This document shows, in pieces, positions 33,819 to 46,640 of a stretch of 48,309 nt of DNA. The DNA comes from Thraustochytrium aureum. Lineage: Eukaryota. Location of the stretch: the NCBI GenBank assembly GCA_012862495.1, contig BLSG01000009.1, positions 56,961-105,269 of the forward strand, in the 5' to 3' direction. Made by a program: the position numbers and the translations under genes. Below the pieces are notes generated by a model. That model saw nothing but the letters and a program-made list of their open reading frames with translations, had not been told where the DNA came from and ran no database searches. Position 1 is the stretch's first letter. Each line of letters starts with the position of its first letter.

Positions 33819-34434
33819 CAGTCGGGCTGCGGGGCTGGGCGGGCTGCGATCCTGCTCGGCGCCGCTGCGGTCGTTCATGCATGGTGCGGGTGGCGGCTGG
33901 CGCGCCTTGATGCACGCGGCTGGGACGACGTATTGTTGTGCGTGGAAATCGGACCCTGCGCTGCACTGCCGGGCGACGCCGAGCATGGCGTGGCGCGAGC
34001 CTGGGTCCGGCCTTGGCTCGTGTCAGTCCGCTCGGCGCCCGAGGAACGAACGGGTTGCTCTGGTCGGTCTCGCGCGGTTCTGCAGTCTGTGCTGATTGTC
34101 GAGATATCCGTTGAGGTTGGTCTGGGGGAGCACGCGAGCATTCGTGGCGGTCGCGTGCGGAATCAGCAGTAGGAGCAGAACGACGCGTTTCGTTTCGAGC
34201 GCCGAGCGCCCCCAGGACGGGTCGTTGGTGCTGCGGGCACCCACGTAGTGCGACGCGGACTGCTCAGGTGTTTCGGCGGCTCGCCGCACCTTTCGATCCC
34301 AGCTGTCATCTCCTCGCGCAGCAGACAGCCGGCCGCGGAGCTGCTGCAGGAGGCGAGGAGCGAAAGGCCGAGGCTGCCAAGCGGCCGGCGATCGCCCTTT
34401 TCGTCGAGCCAGATCAGCTGCGCGCTATAGGTGA

Positions 34435-35976
34435 ATGGGGGACGCTGGGGTTGAGGCAAGTCGTGCCCTGGATGGCGAGTCTGCAATTGGGGTTGGCGAG
34501 GACAGCGCGCTAGCCAGTGCCGTGACGCGGGAAGCATCGGCTGAAGATGGCGAGAAGGAGCACTCGAACGCGCCGGGCAAGCGAAAGAAAAAGAAGAAGG
34601 CACGGAGGCGCAAAGACGTCGCTCCAGCCAAGAGCGGCGTCAAGCGCTTTGTTCAGCCGCTGAGCGACCTGACCAAAATATACGGCACGCCAATCCTTTC
34701 GCCCAGACTCCTCAAGTCAGACGCGCTGAGCCGCACATCGGGAAACGGCAAGTCGCGCGCGAGGTGCAAAGCTGTGAAGCGTCAGGTCGCCCAAGCGCGC
34801 ATCGCCTCAAGGAAACAAGTCGACCAGCTCGACCCGGCCTATGCGTGGGAGAACGACGCTACGGCCGAGCTGCTCGTCTCCGAGGAGGGATCCAGGGATC
34901 TCAGCGTCCCAGCAGTCATCGAAGAAGAACCACAGGCCGCTATGGAGCCAGAGTCGACCGCCCCATCCGAGACGAGCATCGAGGAAAGGCTAGCCAGCGG
35001 CGAAGGCGGACCCGGTCCAAGTCCAGGGCCCCGCAATCAGCAAATTGAAAAGAAGCTGTCAGTGGACGAGGAGGCTATCAATGAGCGAGAGCACCACGAG
35101 ATCATCAGGGTCAAGGCACGGGTTGACAAGCTCCGCTCGCGAATGNNNNNNNNNNNNNNNNNNNNNNNNNNNNNNNNNNNNNNNNNNNNNNNNNNNNNNN
35201 NNNNNNGAATCGCTGAAGAGGGCAGGCGAGGACCGCGACATGGACGCCGCGACTCTCGCCGAGGAGTTTCGTGAGACCCGAGCCATGCTCGAAGCCGCCA
35301 GGGCAGCGCTGGCCAGAGCGCGGCGCGAGCGAAAAGTCGCCGCGAAGAGCGCCGCGTCCAGCTACGCGCAGCTGCGGAGCGCAAAGTACGCAGCCACAAG
35401 GCCGGGCCGCCGCCGGGGCCGCTGGAGCTATTCACAGTCTCGCTGGACGGATTGGGCGAGGACGGCGCCCTTTCGCCGGAGGCTGAGCAAGAGATCCAAA
35501 AGCGGGCGGCACTGTATAGCGAGCGCATCAGGAGCCTTGCGGAGGGCGAGGCAAGTCGCATGGAACGCGAGGAGGCCAACGCGCGGCTCCGAATGGGCCG
35601 CCTCAGCGCACTTATCAAGTTCATCGACCAAGAGATGGCTATGGAAACGGCAGGCGGCGCAGAGCCGTCTGCGCCGAGGGCCGACAGCGCGCAAGCTAGT
35701 CGTTGCGAAGAGTGCGCAGAGGAAGTTTGCGAATGCGGCGCGAAACAAGGCGCTACAGCAGCAAAGAGCAAACCCAGGGCGGCGCCTTCTTCCAGCAAAA
35801 CAAAGCCCCTGCTTGGGGCGGCATGGGCGAAGAACCCTGCTGCCTCCCTGGAGGCAAATCTGCCCCGAGCGGCGCGCAAGCCCGGGCTGCGGACGAGCAA
35901 GCTATTACTGCGCCCCGTTCGAGCGGGGCGCAAGGCGCGGCTGGCGGCTGCGCAGGGACAGGGCGGCGGGCCGTGA
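34435..35976 (+). CDS. Hypothetical coiled-coil protein with basic NLS-like stretch; gap 35146-35206 and probable frameshift near 35370
   Basis: Long ORF with KRKKKKKARRRK and heptad-like segments (EEFRETRAMLEAARAALARARRERK; IQKRAALYSERIRSLAEGEASRMEREEANARLR). No recognised domain. Confidence 0.55.
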
Positions 35977-36036
35977 GGTTTACGGAGCAGTTAATCAAAA
36001 GCATATTGGTACCAATATCTTTATGGACTCTAGCGC

Positions 36037-37116
36037 CTAGTGTTTCAGCTGGGCCCGGAACCGCTCAGCCTTGGCCCTGCGCAGGTGATAGAGCTTGCGC
36101 AACTCAAGCTGGCGGTTGACAAAGTCCTGCAACGAGACCTCCCCAGCGAGAAATTCGCTCGCGAGCGTCTCCGACTCGTCGTCAACTTTGCTTGCGCTCG
36201 ACTCGAGCTCGGTGAGGAGACGCAGAGGGTCGAACTTGCGCATCGCCGCGGCTTGGCGCTTTTCCAGGTCCTTGAACCGCTTCCACTGCGTTTCGGCCTC
36301 GTCCTTTGCTCTCAGAGTGGCCTCCACAAGCTCCTCCACGCGAGCCTTGTGCTCTAGGTTGGCTCGCGCCTGTTTTTCATTGCTCAAAAGAATCTGCTCT
36401 TTCATGTCCTGGGTCATGCATGGCATTGGAAGAGACGCGAAGAAGGCGAGGAACTCATCGTCATCGTTTTGGAGCTCCTTGAGCCTCTCGATGTCCATGC
36501 TTTCGATCTCAGGAAAGGTGTGCGGTGCGGGTGGGATGAGAACGCCATCGTCGCTGTCGGCGCGCGGCTTTTGCAAAGAGTTGCGCGATCCCGGCTGGTC
36601 CGAGATGCCGCTCGTGGTCCCTGCGCTGAAGCCATTGCCCGCCGCGTTGCCGCTGGTTCCAACCGTTGGTGGGTTGTTGACGAACTGCGTCATGATATCG
36701 TTGACAACTTGTGCGAGGCGGCTGTAGCCGTTCCAAGCGTAAAGGGAGCTGCATCCAGTAACGTTGCCAACTGCGTCGACGATCGGGTGGCGAACGTTTG
36801 GCGTTAGCACGGCGGCATGCGGCGCGGCGTTTGGGAAAGCCGGCGGCAGCGTAATGCGAATGATGACGAGGTCAGTGCGCCCCGCGCGCTTGACATTGAG
36901 GCCAAAGTCGAAGACGGACCGCTCTGCGTTTTTGGGCTATTCCGTCTCCGCGGGCGCGCTCGCTCGTCCGGTCAGCCCGCCCCGCCGTCCACAAGGCCGC
37001 CAGCGCGATACCGAGCGAGCAGGTCCTGTCCAACTCACCGTGCATTCTGGCCGCGTTCGCAGCAGCTCCTGGATCTGCTCCTCTCGCCGTCCGTTCACGC
37101 CCGCGCCGTACATCAT
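36037..37116 (-). CDS. VPS37: VPS37A-like ESCRT-I subunit (N-terminal UEV-like domain plus C-terminal Mod(r) domain); exons 37116-37039 and 36936-36037; 325 aa
   Basis: IRITLPPAFPNAAP...HPIVD...AWNGYSRLAQVVNDI...NPP (UEV-like); DDESETLASEFLAGEVSLQDFVNRQLELRKLYHLRRAKAERF (Mod(r)). A phase-0 GT-AG intron joins the exons in frame. Confidence 0.87.
36937..37038 (-). other. GT-AG spliceosomal intron (102 nt) in VPS37
   Basis: Donor GTGAGT, branch-like GCTGAC, acceptor AATAG. Removal gives RPECT|PKNAERSVFDF in frame. Confidence 0.75.
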
Positions 37117-37860
37117 CCTGCCCTTCTCGCGAGCCTTCCCCCGAGCGCGGCCAGGCGCGGGGCCAGGCGTCGCTCGTCCTTTTCCCGCGCAGGTAGGCGA
37201 CCGTCCCAGGACACGCAGACAAAACGACCGCCTGCCGGCAAACTGACGAAGGAATCGACCGCCGACAAACCGATCGCCTGCCTGGCGGCGAGCAGCAGGT
37301 CCTCCTTCTCTCCGCGCGCTCGCTCAGCTCTTCGTTCTGCCGCGCCTGCTGCTGTGCTCCTGCTGCTGCGTCGCCTGCTCCTGCTGCTGCTCTGCCGCGA
37401 CGAAATCCTCTTTTTCCTCGTTTGCAGTCGCGCCTCGCGCGAGCCCGCTTTGGACGTGACAAAAATCCCCATGTGACTGAGACGTGTCGATATATTGAAC
37501 TATTACACGTCACGTCGAGGCCTCGTTACGCGCCGCTGTCGGCGAAGGCCTGTTGTTCTCCGTCGCGAAGCGGGTGTTTGTGCCTCGTAACGTTGGTGGC
37601 ATTAGTGACGAGAGCTGATCGCGCGGGCCGGGTGACGGGGGTCCCTATGTTTCGCGGCTGGGGGGCGGGTTTTCTGCATAGTGCATCCGACGGCCATCCT
37701 TTTGTGAAGATCCCGATCTCGAACAAATCTGACCTCTGATGGCAGCAGATGCAGACCTCGAACGCCAGACGACCAGCACCGCCCAAGCGCCAACAGCAGC
37801 AGCAGCAGCAGTAGCACCGAGACTCGACTTGGACTAGTTCGGTGGCATTTTACAGGCACG

Positions 37861-38579
37861 ATGGCTGGCGACCTCCCCAAGCTCAAGCTGACGTACTTCG
37901 ATATCGAAGCAGCTGCAGAGCCCGTGCGGCTGGCGCTCACGCTAAACGACGTGCCTTTCGAGGATGAGCGCATCGCGCGCCCGGAGTGGGCCGAGCTCAA
38001 GCCCAAGACCAAGTTCGGCCAGCTCCCGCTCCTGACGATTGGGGAAGGCGAGGACGCCAAGGTGTTTGCGCAGAGCAGCGCTATGCTGCGCTACGTTGGG
38101 CAGCTCGGCAACGGGACGGCCTACCCGAACGACCCGCTCACGCGGCTCGCGATCGACGAGATGGACGGCCTGGTGGGCGACCTGAACCGCGCGTGGACCC
38201 CGGCGTTCTACATGGGTATGATGCCCGAGAAGTTGGCCACGCCGAGGGCTTTGGCAACTCGGATGAGTGCAAGGCTACTGTGAAGAAGCTGCGCGAGGCG
38301 TTCGTGGCCGAGTCGCTGCCAACGTTCCTGGAGCACTTTAGCAATGCGATCAAGAGCTGCGGCGGGTACTTGTGCACCGCGGAGAACCCGACGATCGCAG
38401 ACTGCGTGCTGTACGCCAAGTTGCGCTCGTTCGTGGCCGGCTACATCGACCATGTGCCCACCACTTGCTTGGACGCTTACCCGGAGATTACAGCTTACAT
38501 GCAGCGCATGGCTGAGCACCCCAAGATCAAGGCTTGGTACGAGGCGCAGGCGGCCCGCAAGGCTGCCGCGGCCAAGTAG
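37861..38579 (+). CDS. GST: Glutathione S-transferase (sigma-like); 1-nt frameshift at ~38233-38236
   Basis: LKLTYFDIEAAAEPVRLAL, FEDERI, KFGQLPLL, AQSSAMLRYVG in the first frame; GHAEGFG...YLCTAENPTIADCVLY...YPEITAYMQRMAEHPKIKAWY in the second. Confidence 0.92.
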
Positions 38580-40019
38580 ACAGGTGCTGCTTCGCGCCGA
38601 CCAGAGACCAACCCGCGTTTAGATTCAAAAACAAAATCGAAAGAGGATCTCTTCCCGTTTCGCCCCGCGCTCGCCAGTCTTGTCGTTGCCCCACACCTGT
38701 CAATTCTTGAAGTGGCCGCCTCGCCTCCTTGACAACGAGCGCGGCACAGGCAAGCGTACTAGCGGTAACCACTCGAGTAGTACCGGAAGGACAAGCCTTT
38801 CGTTCCTGGCACGCCAAGCCTCGAACGCCACCAACAGCAGCCCATCCATCGCATTCACGACACAAACCTGCGCGACATCGTCGCGCTCGGCGCCCGAAGG
38901 CTCTGGAAAAACCTCGCGCCCGCCCCCCACGGGCGCATCGAGCAGCTTCCTGGCGAAGGAACGAGACAACTGCCGAGCCCAAACCCCGAGTCGGACAAAC
39001 CGCGGGAGAGCAGTCGCCAGGAAATGTCTTTTCAGCACCAAGCCTGGCACCTGTGGGGCAAGTGGACACCTTCGCCCAGCGCGACGGCGTTACTGGCAGC
39101 GCAACCCGCGGTGCTGGACCCGGTCGGTGAAACAGTTGGGCCGCCAGGCACCGGCGCGAAGCCTGCCCGTGCGTTTTTCGAGAAGGTCCACGAGCAGCAA
39201 CGACAGCGCCTCCGCCGATGGGCNNNNNNNNNNNNNNNNNNNNNNNNNNNNNNNNNNNNNNNNNNNNNNNNNNNNNNNNNNNNNNNNNNNNNNNNNNNNN
39301 NNNNNNNNNNNNNNNNNNNNNNNNNNNNNNNNNNNNNNNNNNNNNNNNNNNNNNNNNNNNNNNNNNNNNNNNNNNNNNNNNNNNNNNNNNNNNNNNNNNN
39401 NNNNNNNNNNNNNNNNNNNNNNNNNNNNNNNNNNNNNNNNNNNNNNNNNNNNNNNNNNNNNNNNNNNNNNNNNNNNNNNNNNNNNNNNNNNNNNNNNNNN
39501 NNNNNNNNNNNNNNNNNNNNNNNNNNNNNNNNNNNNNNNNNNNNNNNNNNNNNNNNNNNNNNNNNNNNNNNNNNNNNNNNNNNNNNNNNNNNNNNNNNNN
39601 NNNNNNNNNNNNNNNNNNNNNNNNNNNNNNNNNNNNNNNNNNNNNNNNNNNNNNNNNNNNNNNNNNNNNNNNNNNNNNNNNNNNNNNNNNNNNNNNNNNN
39701 NNNNNNNNNNNNNNNNNNNNNNNNNNNNNNNNNNNNNNNNNNNNNNNNNNNNNNNNNNNNNNNNNNNNNNNNNNNNNNNNNNNNNNNNNNNNNNNNNNNN
39801 NNNNNNNNNNNNNNNNNNNNNNNNNNNNNNNNNNNNNNNNNNNNNNNNNNNNNNNNNNNNNNNNNNNNNNNNNNNNNNNNNNNNNNNNNNNNNNNNNNNN
39901 NNNNNNNNNNNNNNNNNNNNNNNNNNNNNNNNNNNNNNNNNNNNNNNNNNNNNNNNNNNNNNNNNNNNNNNNNNNNNNNNNNNNNNNNNNNNNNNNNNNN
40001 NNNNNTCGCGTTGCTTGTG

Positions 40020-40450
40020 GACACCGGGAAATCGCTGTTGCTCGAGTATGAGCGAAACGCAGCGTTGAATTGAGGTGGCGGCAATTGTCTTCGTTGTCTC
40101 TGTGAGCGCGAGCCACACGACTCGACCGGGCACTGCATCGTCGCCAGCGTTTGCGGGTCTTTCGCGTGCTGGCCGAGACTCGCATTCCAGCCACTGATAG
40201 ACATCGGCTTGCTCGTGAACGGAAACGCACCAGGAATTTTGAAATGCCGTACACAGCAGGCACGAGTGCCGAAGCAGTGTGCAAATGGCGGACCAGAGGT
40301 TGTGCTTTTGGGTGCCACGCATCAGTGAGGCAGATACTAGTCCGACGTTCACCTCCCAAATTGGGTCGTCTCTGCGAATGGCGCGATAAAAAGATTCACC
40401 TTGTACAAGGTGTTGTTGACCTCGCGCACCGGTCGCCGGGCCAACCCCGT
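40020..40450 (-). pseudogene. Degenerate C-terminal relic of the neighbouring 12-TM paralog family (copy C)
   Basis: Fragments LARRPVREV, ICLTDAWHPKAQPLVR, GAFPF, KDPQTLATM-PVES, ETTKTIAATSIQ match copies A and B. They fall in different frames with internal deletions. Confidence 0.75.
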
Positions 40451-40665
40451 GAAAGCGACCCGATCTTGAATTGGCAAAAGGCATGGTGTTCTCGAGTACT
40501 ACGCTACCCTACCTACTCTACTCTACGGCGAAACTCGCCAACGACTAACCAAGTCCAAACCCAAATGCGCACGTGGTTTCGGAAGCGGTTCAACCGAAGC
40601 ACGGCAGGCTGGGCTCTAGCCGAACGTCGTGCGCGTTGGGTTGAATCGTGCCCCCGAATCGGCCT

Positions 40666-42676
40666 TCATCGCGAAGGGCGCCGTGGCAGCGCTGCCTCGA
40701 TTGCTGAACTCATAGCGGTCAGCCGGGACAGCGAGGTCGCTGCAATTGTCTTCGCCGTCTCCGCAAGCGTGACTCGCGACTCGACTGGAAAGTGCATCGT
40801 CGCCAGCGTGTGCGGATCGCGCACGCGGTAAACGACGCTCTTGGTGAAGAATGCGAAAATTGTCAGGAGCAGCCCAACAAGAGTGGACGCTGTGGAGACT
40901 TGCGTCTCAGCGATCGAAACAGTCTTGCTCGCGAAAGGAAACGCGCCAGTGAGTATACTCGCAACGTGCACGACGATCACGAGCGCCGAAAGCGAGTGCG
41001 ATACGCGGACCATTGGCTGCATACTTGGATGCCAGGCGTCTGTAAGACAGAACGTGAGCCCCAAGGGCACTTGCAAGATTGCGGTCACCTTAGCCTCTGG
41101 CGTTTGCGCGAGGACAGAGCAAGCAATCGTGTACGTGACAAACAGAGCCATCGAGTACAAGCTTTCGACCTCGCGCACGGATCGCCAGGCAAGCTCGGTA
41201 TTGCTGAGCGAACTCGAAATGAGCGTCATCGGCGCGCAAAGCCCGAGCGCGATACAGTCCAGGTACCAAACGTTCTCGCTCCCGCGAAGGCGGAGTACAA
41301 AGGCGGCTTGCCCGCACACAAAAAGAGGCATGTACACGAGGCGGAAAAGTAGCGATTGGCACATTGCAAAAGCGAGGCACCCACCGCGCTCTCCAAGGAC
41401 TCGTCGCGCCAAAGTGTCTTCGGATCANNNNNNNNNNNNNNNNNNNNNNNNNNNNNNNNNNNNNNNNNNNNNNNNNNNNNNNNNNNNNNNNNNNNNNNNN
41501 NNNNNNNNNNNNNNNNNNNNNNNNNNNNNNNNNNNNNNNNNNNNNNNNNNNNNNNNNNNNNNNNNNNNNNNNNNNNNNNNNNNNNNNNNNNNNNNNNNNN
41601 NNNNNNNNNNNNNNNNNNNNNNNNNNNNNNNNNNNNNNNNNNNNNNNNNNNNNNNNNNNNNNNNNNNNNNNNNNNNNNNNNNNNNNNNNNNNNNNNNNNN
41701 NNNNNNNNNNNNNNNNNNNNNNNNNNNNNNNNNNNNNNNNNNNNNNNNNNNNCGCCTCGATCTGCTGCTCGCTCTGCTCAAGCGCCTCCGTGGCTCTGAG
41801 GTACCTCTTCGATAGAATCTTGGCCATGAGAGGGTCGACCCGGATAAGCCGCGCTCGCGAGGTGAGCAATGTGAAGCAAGTTGGGATGTAGTAGGCCCTG
41901 CGTATGATTGTAACAACGGTCATGACAACGTTGCAAGCAGCCCCGAAGAATCGGTCGTGCATGAACCCTGTGGCCTTGCCGCGTTGAATGTTGGCCATAG
42001 CTGCGCGGATGATCACCGCCGAGAGAAACAGCTGCGACAGCAGGGCTGTCACAAACAAATAGAAGTGCGCTCGTCTAGCCAGCCTCCTTGGTATGGCGTC
42101 GGAGGAGATAGAGCCGAGGATGTAAAAAAAACACAGTGCGTGACCGAGACCAAACGCAGCCCCTGGGAGGATCTCGCGAGACGACATCCATAATATCAAG
42201 GCGTTGACAGCGCCGAATTGGAAGGCGAACTGCCTGGAGAGGTGCTTGAGCACGGTAACATTGCACAGCAGAGCTGACAACACAACCCCAGAAAGGCTCC
42301 CCAGCGAAGCCGTGGCAAGGTTTTCATCTTTGCGCACGAGGGCCAGAATCCAACAGATCTGTCCAACCGAGAATGAAAGCACAACCAGGCTGAATCCTAG
42401 TGGGTGCCGCAAGAAGCAAAGAAGTGCCTTGGACGCTCGGGCACCGAATAAGCGTCTGCACACCATGTCCTGGCTGTCGTATTGGAAGGCCTCGAGTTCC
42501 GGTGCGAGCACATAGATCAGCTTGCTGTGGCTGTCGACTTGGTTTGCGTGCGCTTCGACAAGGTCGCCATAAATGTAGTCTTTCACCAAGTCGAGCGTCG
42601 CTTGCTTCTGAAGCGTTGCTCCGAACGCTGCAGATGAAGGAGGCTGCGCTGCCTGCGCCGGGTGCACGGCCGCCAT
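40666..42676 (-). CDS. Multi-pass membrane protein (~12 TM, two internally repeated halves), copy B; gap 41428-41752 in the central linker
   Basis: Two ORFs flank the gap and are collinear with copy A (ATLDLVKD, LIYVLAP, VCRRLFGAR, QFAFQFGAVNALILWMSSREILP, ISSDAIPR, CFTLLTSRARLIRVDPLM / RSVREVES, CLTDAWHP, TLATMHFPVESR). Confidence 0.8.
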
Positions 42677-43423
42677 CTTTAGCCACGTTACAGTCACGCT
42701 AGTCGCTCGCGGTGCGTGCTTGCGTCTCTGTCACCTATGGGCGAGTGCGGCCATGGTGCATTTGGTGCTTGCACGGCTCTCGAAAAGCATCTGCGTTGTC
42801 GATTCGACCAGGCATTGCCACAACTGAACGATAAAGAAACAAACGAAACGCGCAGCAAGCATGGCCATCGCGAGCCGTATCGCTCTCCTCCCAAGTCAAG
42901 GAGAATTCTCATTGCTGGGCGAGAGAATTGGTGCGAGACCGAGCGCGGGGCGGCGAGTTCAAGCGGCTCGATCAGCGTTGCATTTTTTTCCTCCAATTGC
43001 AAAAAAGTTTCCGTTAGGCTGCGAAATACACCTCGCGGTACGGGGCCACAACCAGGTTCACCACGAGTCTCGGCACGACAACTCATCCGCCGCAGGCAGC
43101 TCTGCTACACTTGCGCAAGTACAAGTCAAGGTAGGAGGATGTGATTCCCCGTCGCTGCCGATTCGAGGTCCTTGAAAGCTCCTGGCAGAAACACCTGCGA
43201 TTGCCATGCGCGCTCCCGCAAGCTCGACGCGCGCCTTGAGTCCCTCCAATGTGACGGAGTGGACCTGCCAGAGAGAGGGGGACCAGCCTCTAGAGACAGT
43301 TGCGCAAGCAAATTGGTGGGGGGTTGATGACAGCCATGGGCTGACGAGGATTTCGAACGGAGAGGAGAGCCCACCGACCGATCGACACTATGCCCTTTCC
43401 CGCAGCTCTGCAGACGCACTGCT

Positions 43424-45285
43424 CTATGGGTTGCGTCTCGCCTCGATGCCGGCTTCATCGTGAAGCTTTTCCACCTCACCTCTCGACCTCGGTTGGGTGC
43501 CAAGTTTAGAAAGCGACGAACCCAACTCAATGGCGGACGACATTGCGGTCAACTGATGGATCGATGTTGCTGCAATGGCACGTGCGGTCTCCCGGAACGT
43601 GAGTCGCGACTCGACTGGGAAGTGCATCGTCGCCAGCGTGAGCGGGTCCTTAATACGGTAAACTACGCTCTTGGCGCAGAAAACGAAAATCGTCAGGAGC
43701 AGCCCAACAAGCGTGGACTCTGCCGAAACCTGCTGTCCAGCGATTGAAACGGTCTTCCTCGCAAATGGGAATGCCCCAGTGGCTATGCACACAACGTGTG
43801 CGGCGATCATGAGCGCCGAAAACGAATGCGTTGCGAGGACTTGCGGTTGCATACGTGGATGCCAGGCATCTGTGAGGCAAAATATCAGCGCGAATGGCAT
43901 CTGTAGGATTGCGCTAACCCTTGCCTCGGGCGTTTCCGCTAGGATCGAGCAAGTCAGCATGTACGCGACGAACAAAATCATCGAGTACATGCTTTCGACC
44001 TCGCGCACGGATCGCGAGGCAAGCTCGGAATTGCTGAGTGAACTCGTAATGACCATCATTGGCGCGCTAAAACCCGAGAGCGATGCAGTCCAGATACCAA
44101 ATAGAATCAATCCCGCGCAGGCGAAGAATGAAAGCAACTGGCCACAAACAAAAGCGGCCCCAAAATGGGACGGGAAAGTGGCGATTTGCTCATTGCAAAA
44201 GCGAGGCGCCCACCGCGCTCTCCAAGGAACCGTCGTGCCAAAGTGTCTTTCGGATCAATCACGATCACGGAATCTTGAAGTGGCCGCGCAAGCCGAACTG
44301 TCCGGCGGCCAGAAGCGAAGCGCAGGCCTTTGTTGCCGCTCTCGGAGTCTTTGTGCTGCGTGATCTGCTGCTCGTTCTGCTCAAGCGCCGCCGTTGCCTT
44401 GAGGTGTCTCGTCGACAGCATCTTGACCATGAGAGGATCTACCCGAATGAGCCGCGCTCGCGAGGTGAGCAATGTGAAGCAGGCTGGTTTTTGGTAGGCC
44501 CTCCGGATGATTGTAAAAATTGTCATGGTTATGTTGCACGCTGCCCCGAAGAATCGGCCGTGCATGAAACCTGTGGCCTTGCCGCGTCGAACGTTGTCGA
44601 TGGCTGTGCGAATGATAACGGCCGAGAGAAACAGATGCGACACCAGCGCCGTTACAAACAAATAGAAGTGCTCTCGCCTAGCCAGGGACCTTGGGATAGC
44701 GTCGGAGCTGATGTAGCACATGATGTATAAACTGCTCAGCGTATGTCCGAAAGCAAGCGCAGGGCTGGGGAGGATCTCGCGAGACGACATCCACAGAATG
44801 AGGGCGTTGACAGCACCGAACTGGAAGGCAAACTGCCCGAGAAGCTGTTTGAGCACAGTGATATTGAGCAGCAAAGTACTCAAAATAACCACATAGACAC
44901 TCCCGAGAGGAGCTATTGCAAAGCTCTCATCATTGCGCACAAGCGTCAGGGGCCACGCGATCTGCCAAACATTGAATGAAACCACGATCAGACCAAATGC
45001 CCACTTCTGCCGCACCACCATTCTCATTAAAGCGTCGGCCACTCGGGCGCCGAAAAGCCGTCTGCATACCGTATCATCGCTGTCGTAGTCAAAATCCTCT
45101 AGTCCTGGGGCGAGAACATAAATCAACTTTCTTCGGCCACCGACCTCGTTTGCGTGCGCTTGAACGAGGTCATCAAAGATGTGGTCTTTCACCAAGTCTA
45201 GCGTCGCTCGCTGCTGCAGCTGGTCTGTTTTGAGCACTGAGGACGCTCCAAGTTGTCGCGCCGGTTGTACCATCGCAGAGTCCAT
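43424..45285 (-). CDS. Multi-pass membrane protein (~12 TM, two internally repeated halves), copy A; indels at ~44070-44152
   Basis: Starts MDSAMVQPARQ and is clearly paralogous to copy B along its length. Alignment to copy B shows two 1-nt deletions and one 1-nt insertion in the PLFVCGQ...ALGFSAPM segment. Confidence 0.8.
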
Positions 45286-46640
45286 CGCGAGGCTAGCTCC
45301 GCGGTCTGCGTTGCCGGTTCTCGGTCTCCTTGTGGTCACTTGACTGATCCCCGCGGTATGCTCTTGTTTTCGGCTTGCTTTTCGCTTGCTTGTCCCCAGC
45401 GGCTCAGTCGGGTTCACACGAGTTGGGAACTCCGACAGACCTTTAGATGCAGCACATTGATGGCGGCCGATCGAATGGGTGGATCGGCCGAACGCGCCCA
45501 ACGGAACTAACTCCAGCAACAATGAAAAACGGGCAAGATCATCATTGCGGACGTCACCGAGTTGACAGTAAATCCAAATGCATGCGCCGTGAGCGACTTT
45601 TGGCGCTGGTGAACGCGATGGCTCGACTCTGATGTCCAGGGTGTTGTATTTCGCCGCGTCAAACGGAAAACCGCACCAACTCTTGCAACTGCTTGCGCGA
45701 AGGGCTGAGTATCGAGAGTGCTCGACGGCGACATCGGCGAGCCCGAAGCCTTGGCAGCAACAGCAAGAAAACCCGAGGCGAACCCTAGCGTCTTGCCAAA
45801 GACGAAGACCGCGCAGTTGGCGAGCACCCGAACATTCAACGTCGCATGCAAGTCGACGGGGCCTAGGCTCGCGCCGGACAATAAGCTGCGTGGATACAGC
45901 GGAGTACATCCTCGAGTATCCGTTGGCCGGAACGGAAGTGGCCCCAATCGAGGTCCGTCGCTACTCGAGTCATCAGAGAAGGTAGGCCGCCTACCTGCGA
46001 GTACCATTCGCTGCCGGTCAATTCCTGACAGTCACGGTCCTGACAGTCAGAGTCCATTGATGCGCGCCCTCTCCATTTAGAGGGCCACTCCCTCGCTCCC
46101 TCACTCCCTCCCTCACGAACAACGAACAGAGCAGCGCGATGGAAAATAGCGGGGTGCGCGCGTTCCTCAAAACAGCAGCGGGTCGTAACAGAGGGGCAGG
46201 ACGTTGAAGAGTTCGTTTGCTGTCGAAGAGAGCGCCGGAGAGAGCAGGCGAGGGAGAGCTCCGAGTCAGAGCANNNNNNNNNNNNNNNNNNNNNNNNNNN
46301 NNNNNNNNNNNNNNNNNNNNNNNNNNNNNNNNNNNNNNNNNNNNNNNNNNNNNNNNNNNNNNNNNNNNNNNNNNNNNNNNNNNNNNNNNNNNNNNNNNNN
46401 NNNNNNNNNNNNNNNNNNNNNNNNNNNNNNNNNNNNNNNNNNNNNNNNNNNNNNNNNNNNNNNNNNNNNNNNNNNNNNNNNNNNNNNNNNNNNNNNNNNN
46501 NNNNNNNNNNNNNNNNNNNNNNNNNNNNNNNNNNNNNNNNNNNNNNNNNNNNNNNNNNNNNNNNNNNGGGCCCCGGGCGGGCGCGGCGCAGGTTTGCGCG
46601 AGGGCGGGCCCTGGCCAGGACGGCCGGGACGTGGGGAGTC

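Noticed and set aside
38700..39223. Minus-strand ORF fragment (LKRHFLATALPRF...) next to gap 39224-40005
   Set aside because: It could be the 3' end of a gene in the gap, but there is no recognisable motif and the frames are inconsistent.
2119..46567. ORF-track entries spanning poly-X stretches
   Set aside because: They are artefacts of translating N gaps, and reading frame across gaps of estimated length is not meaningful.
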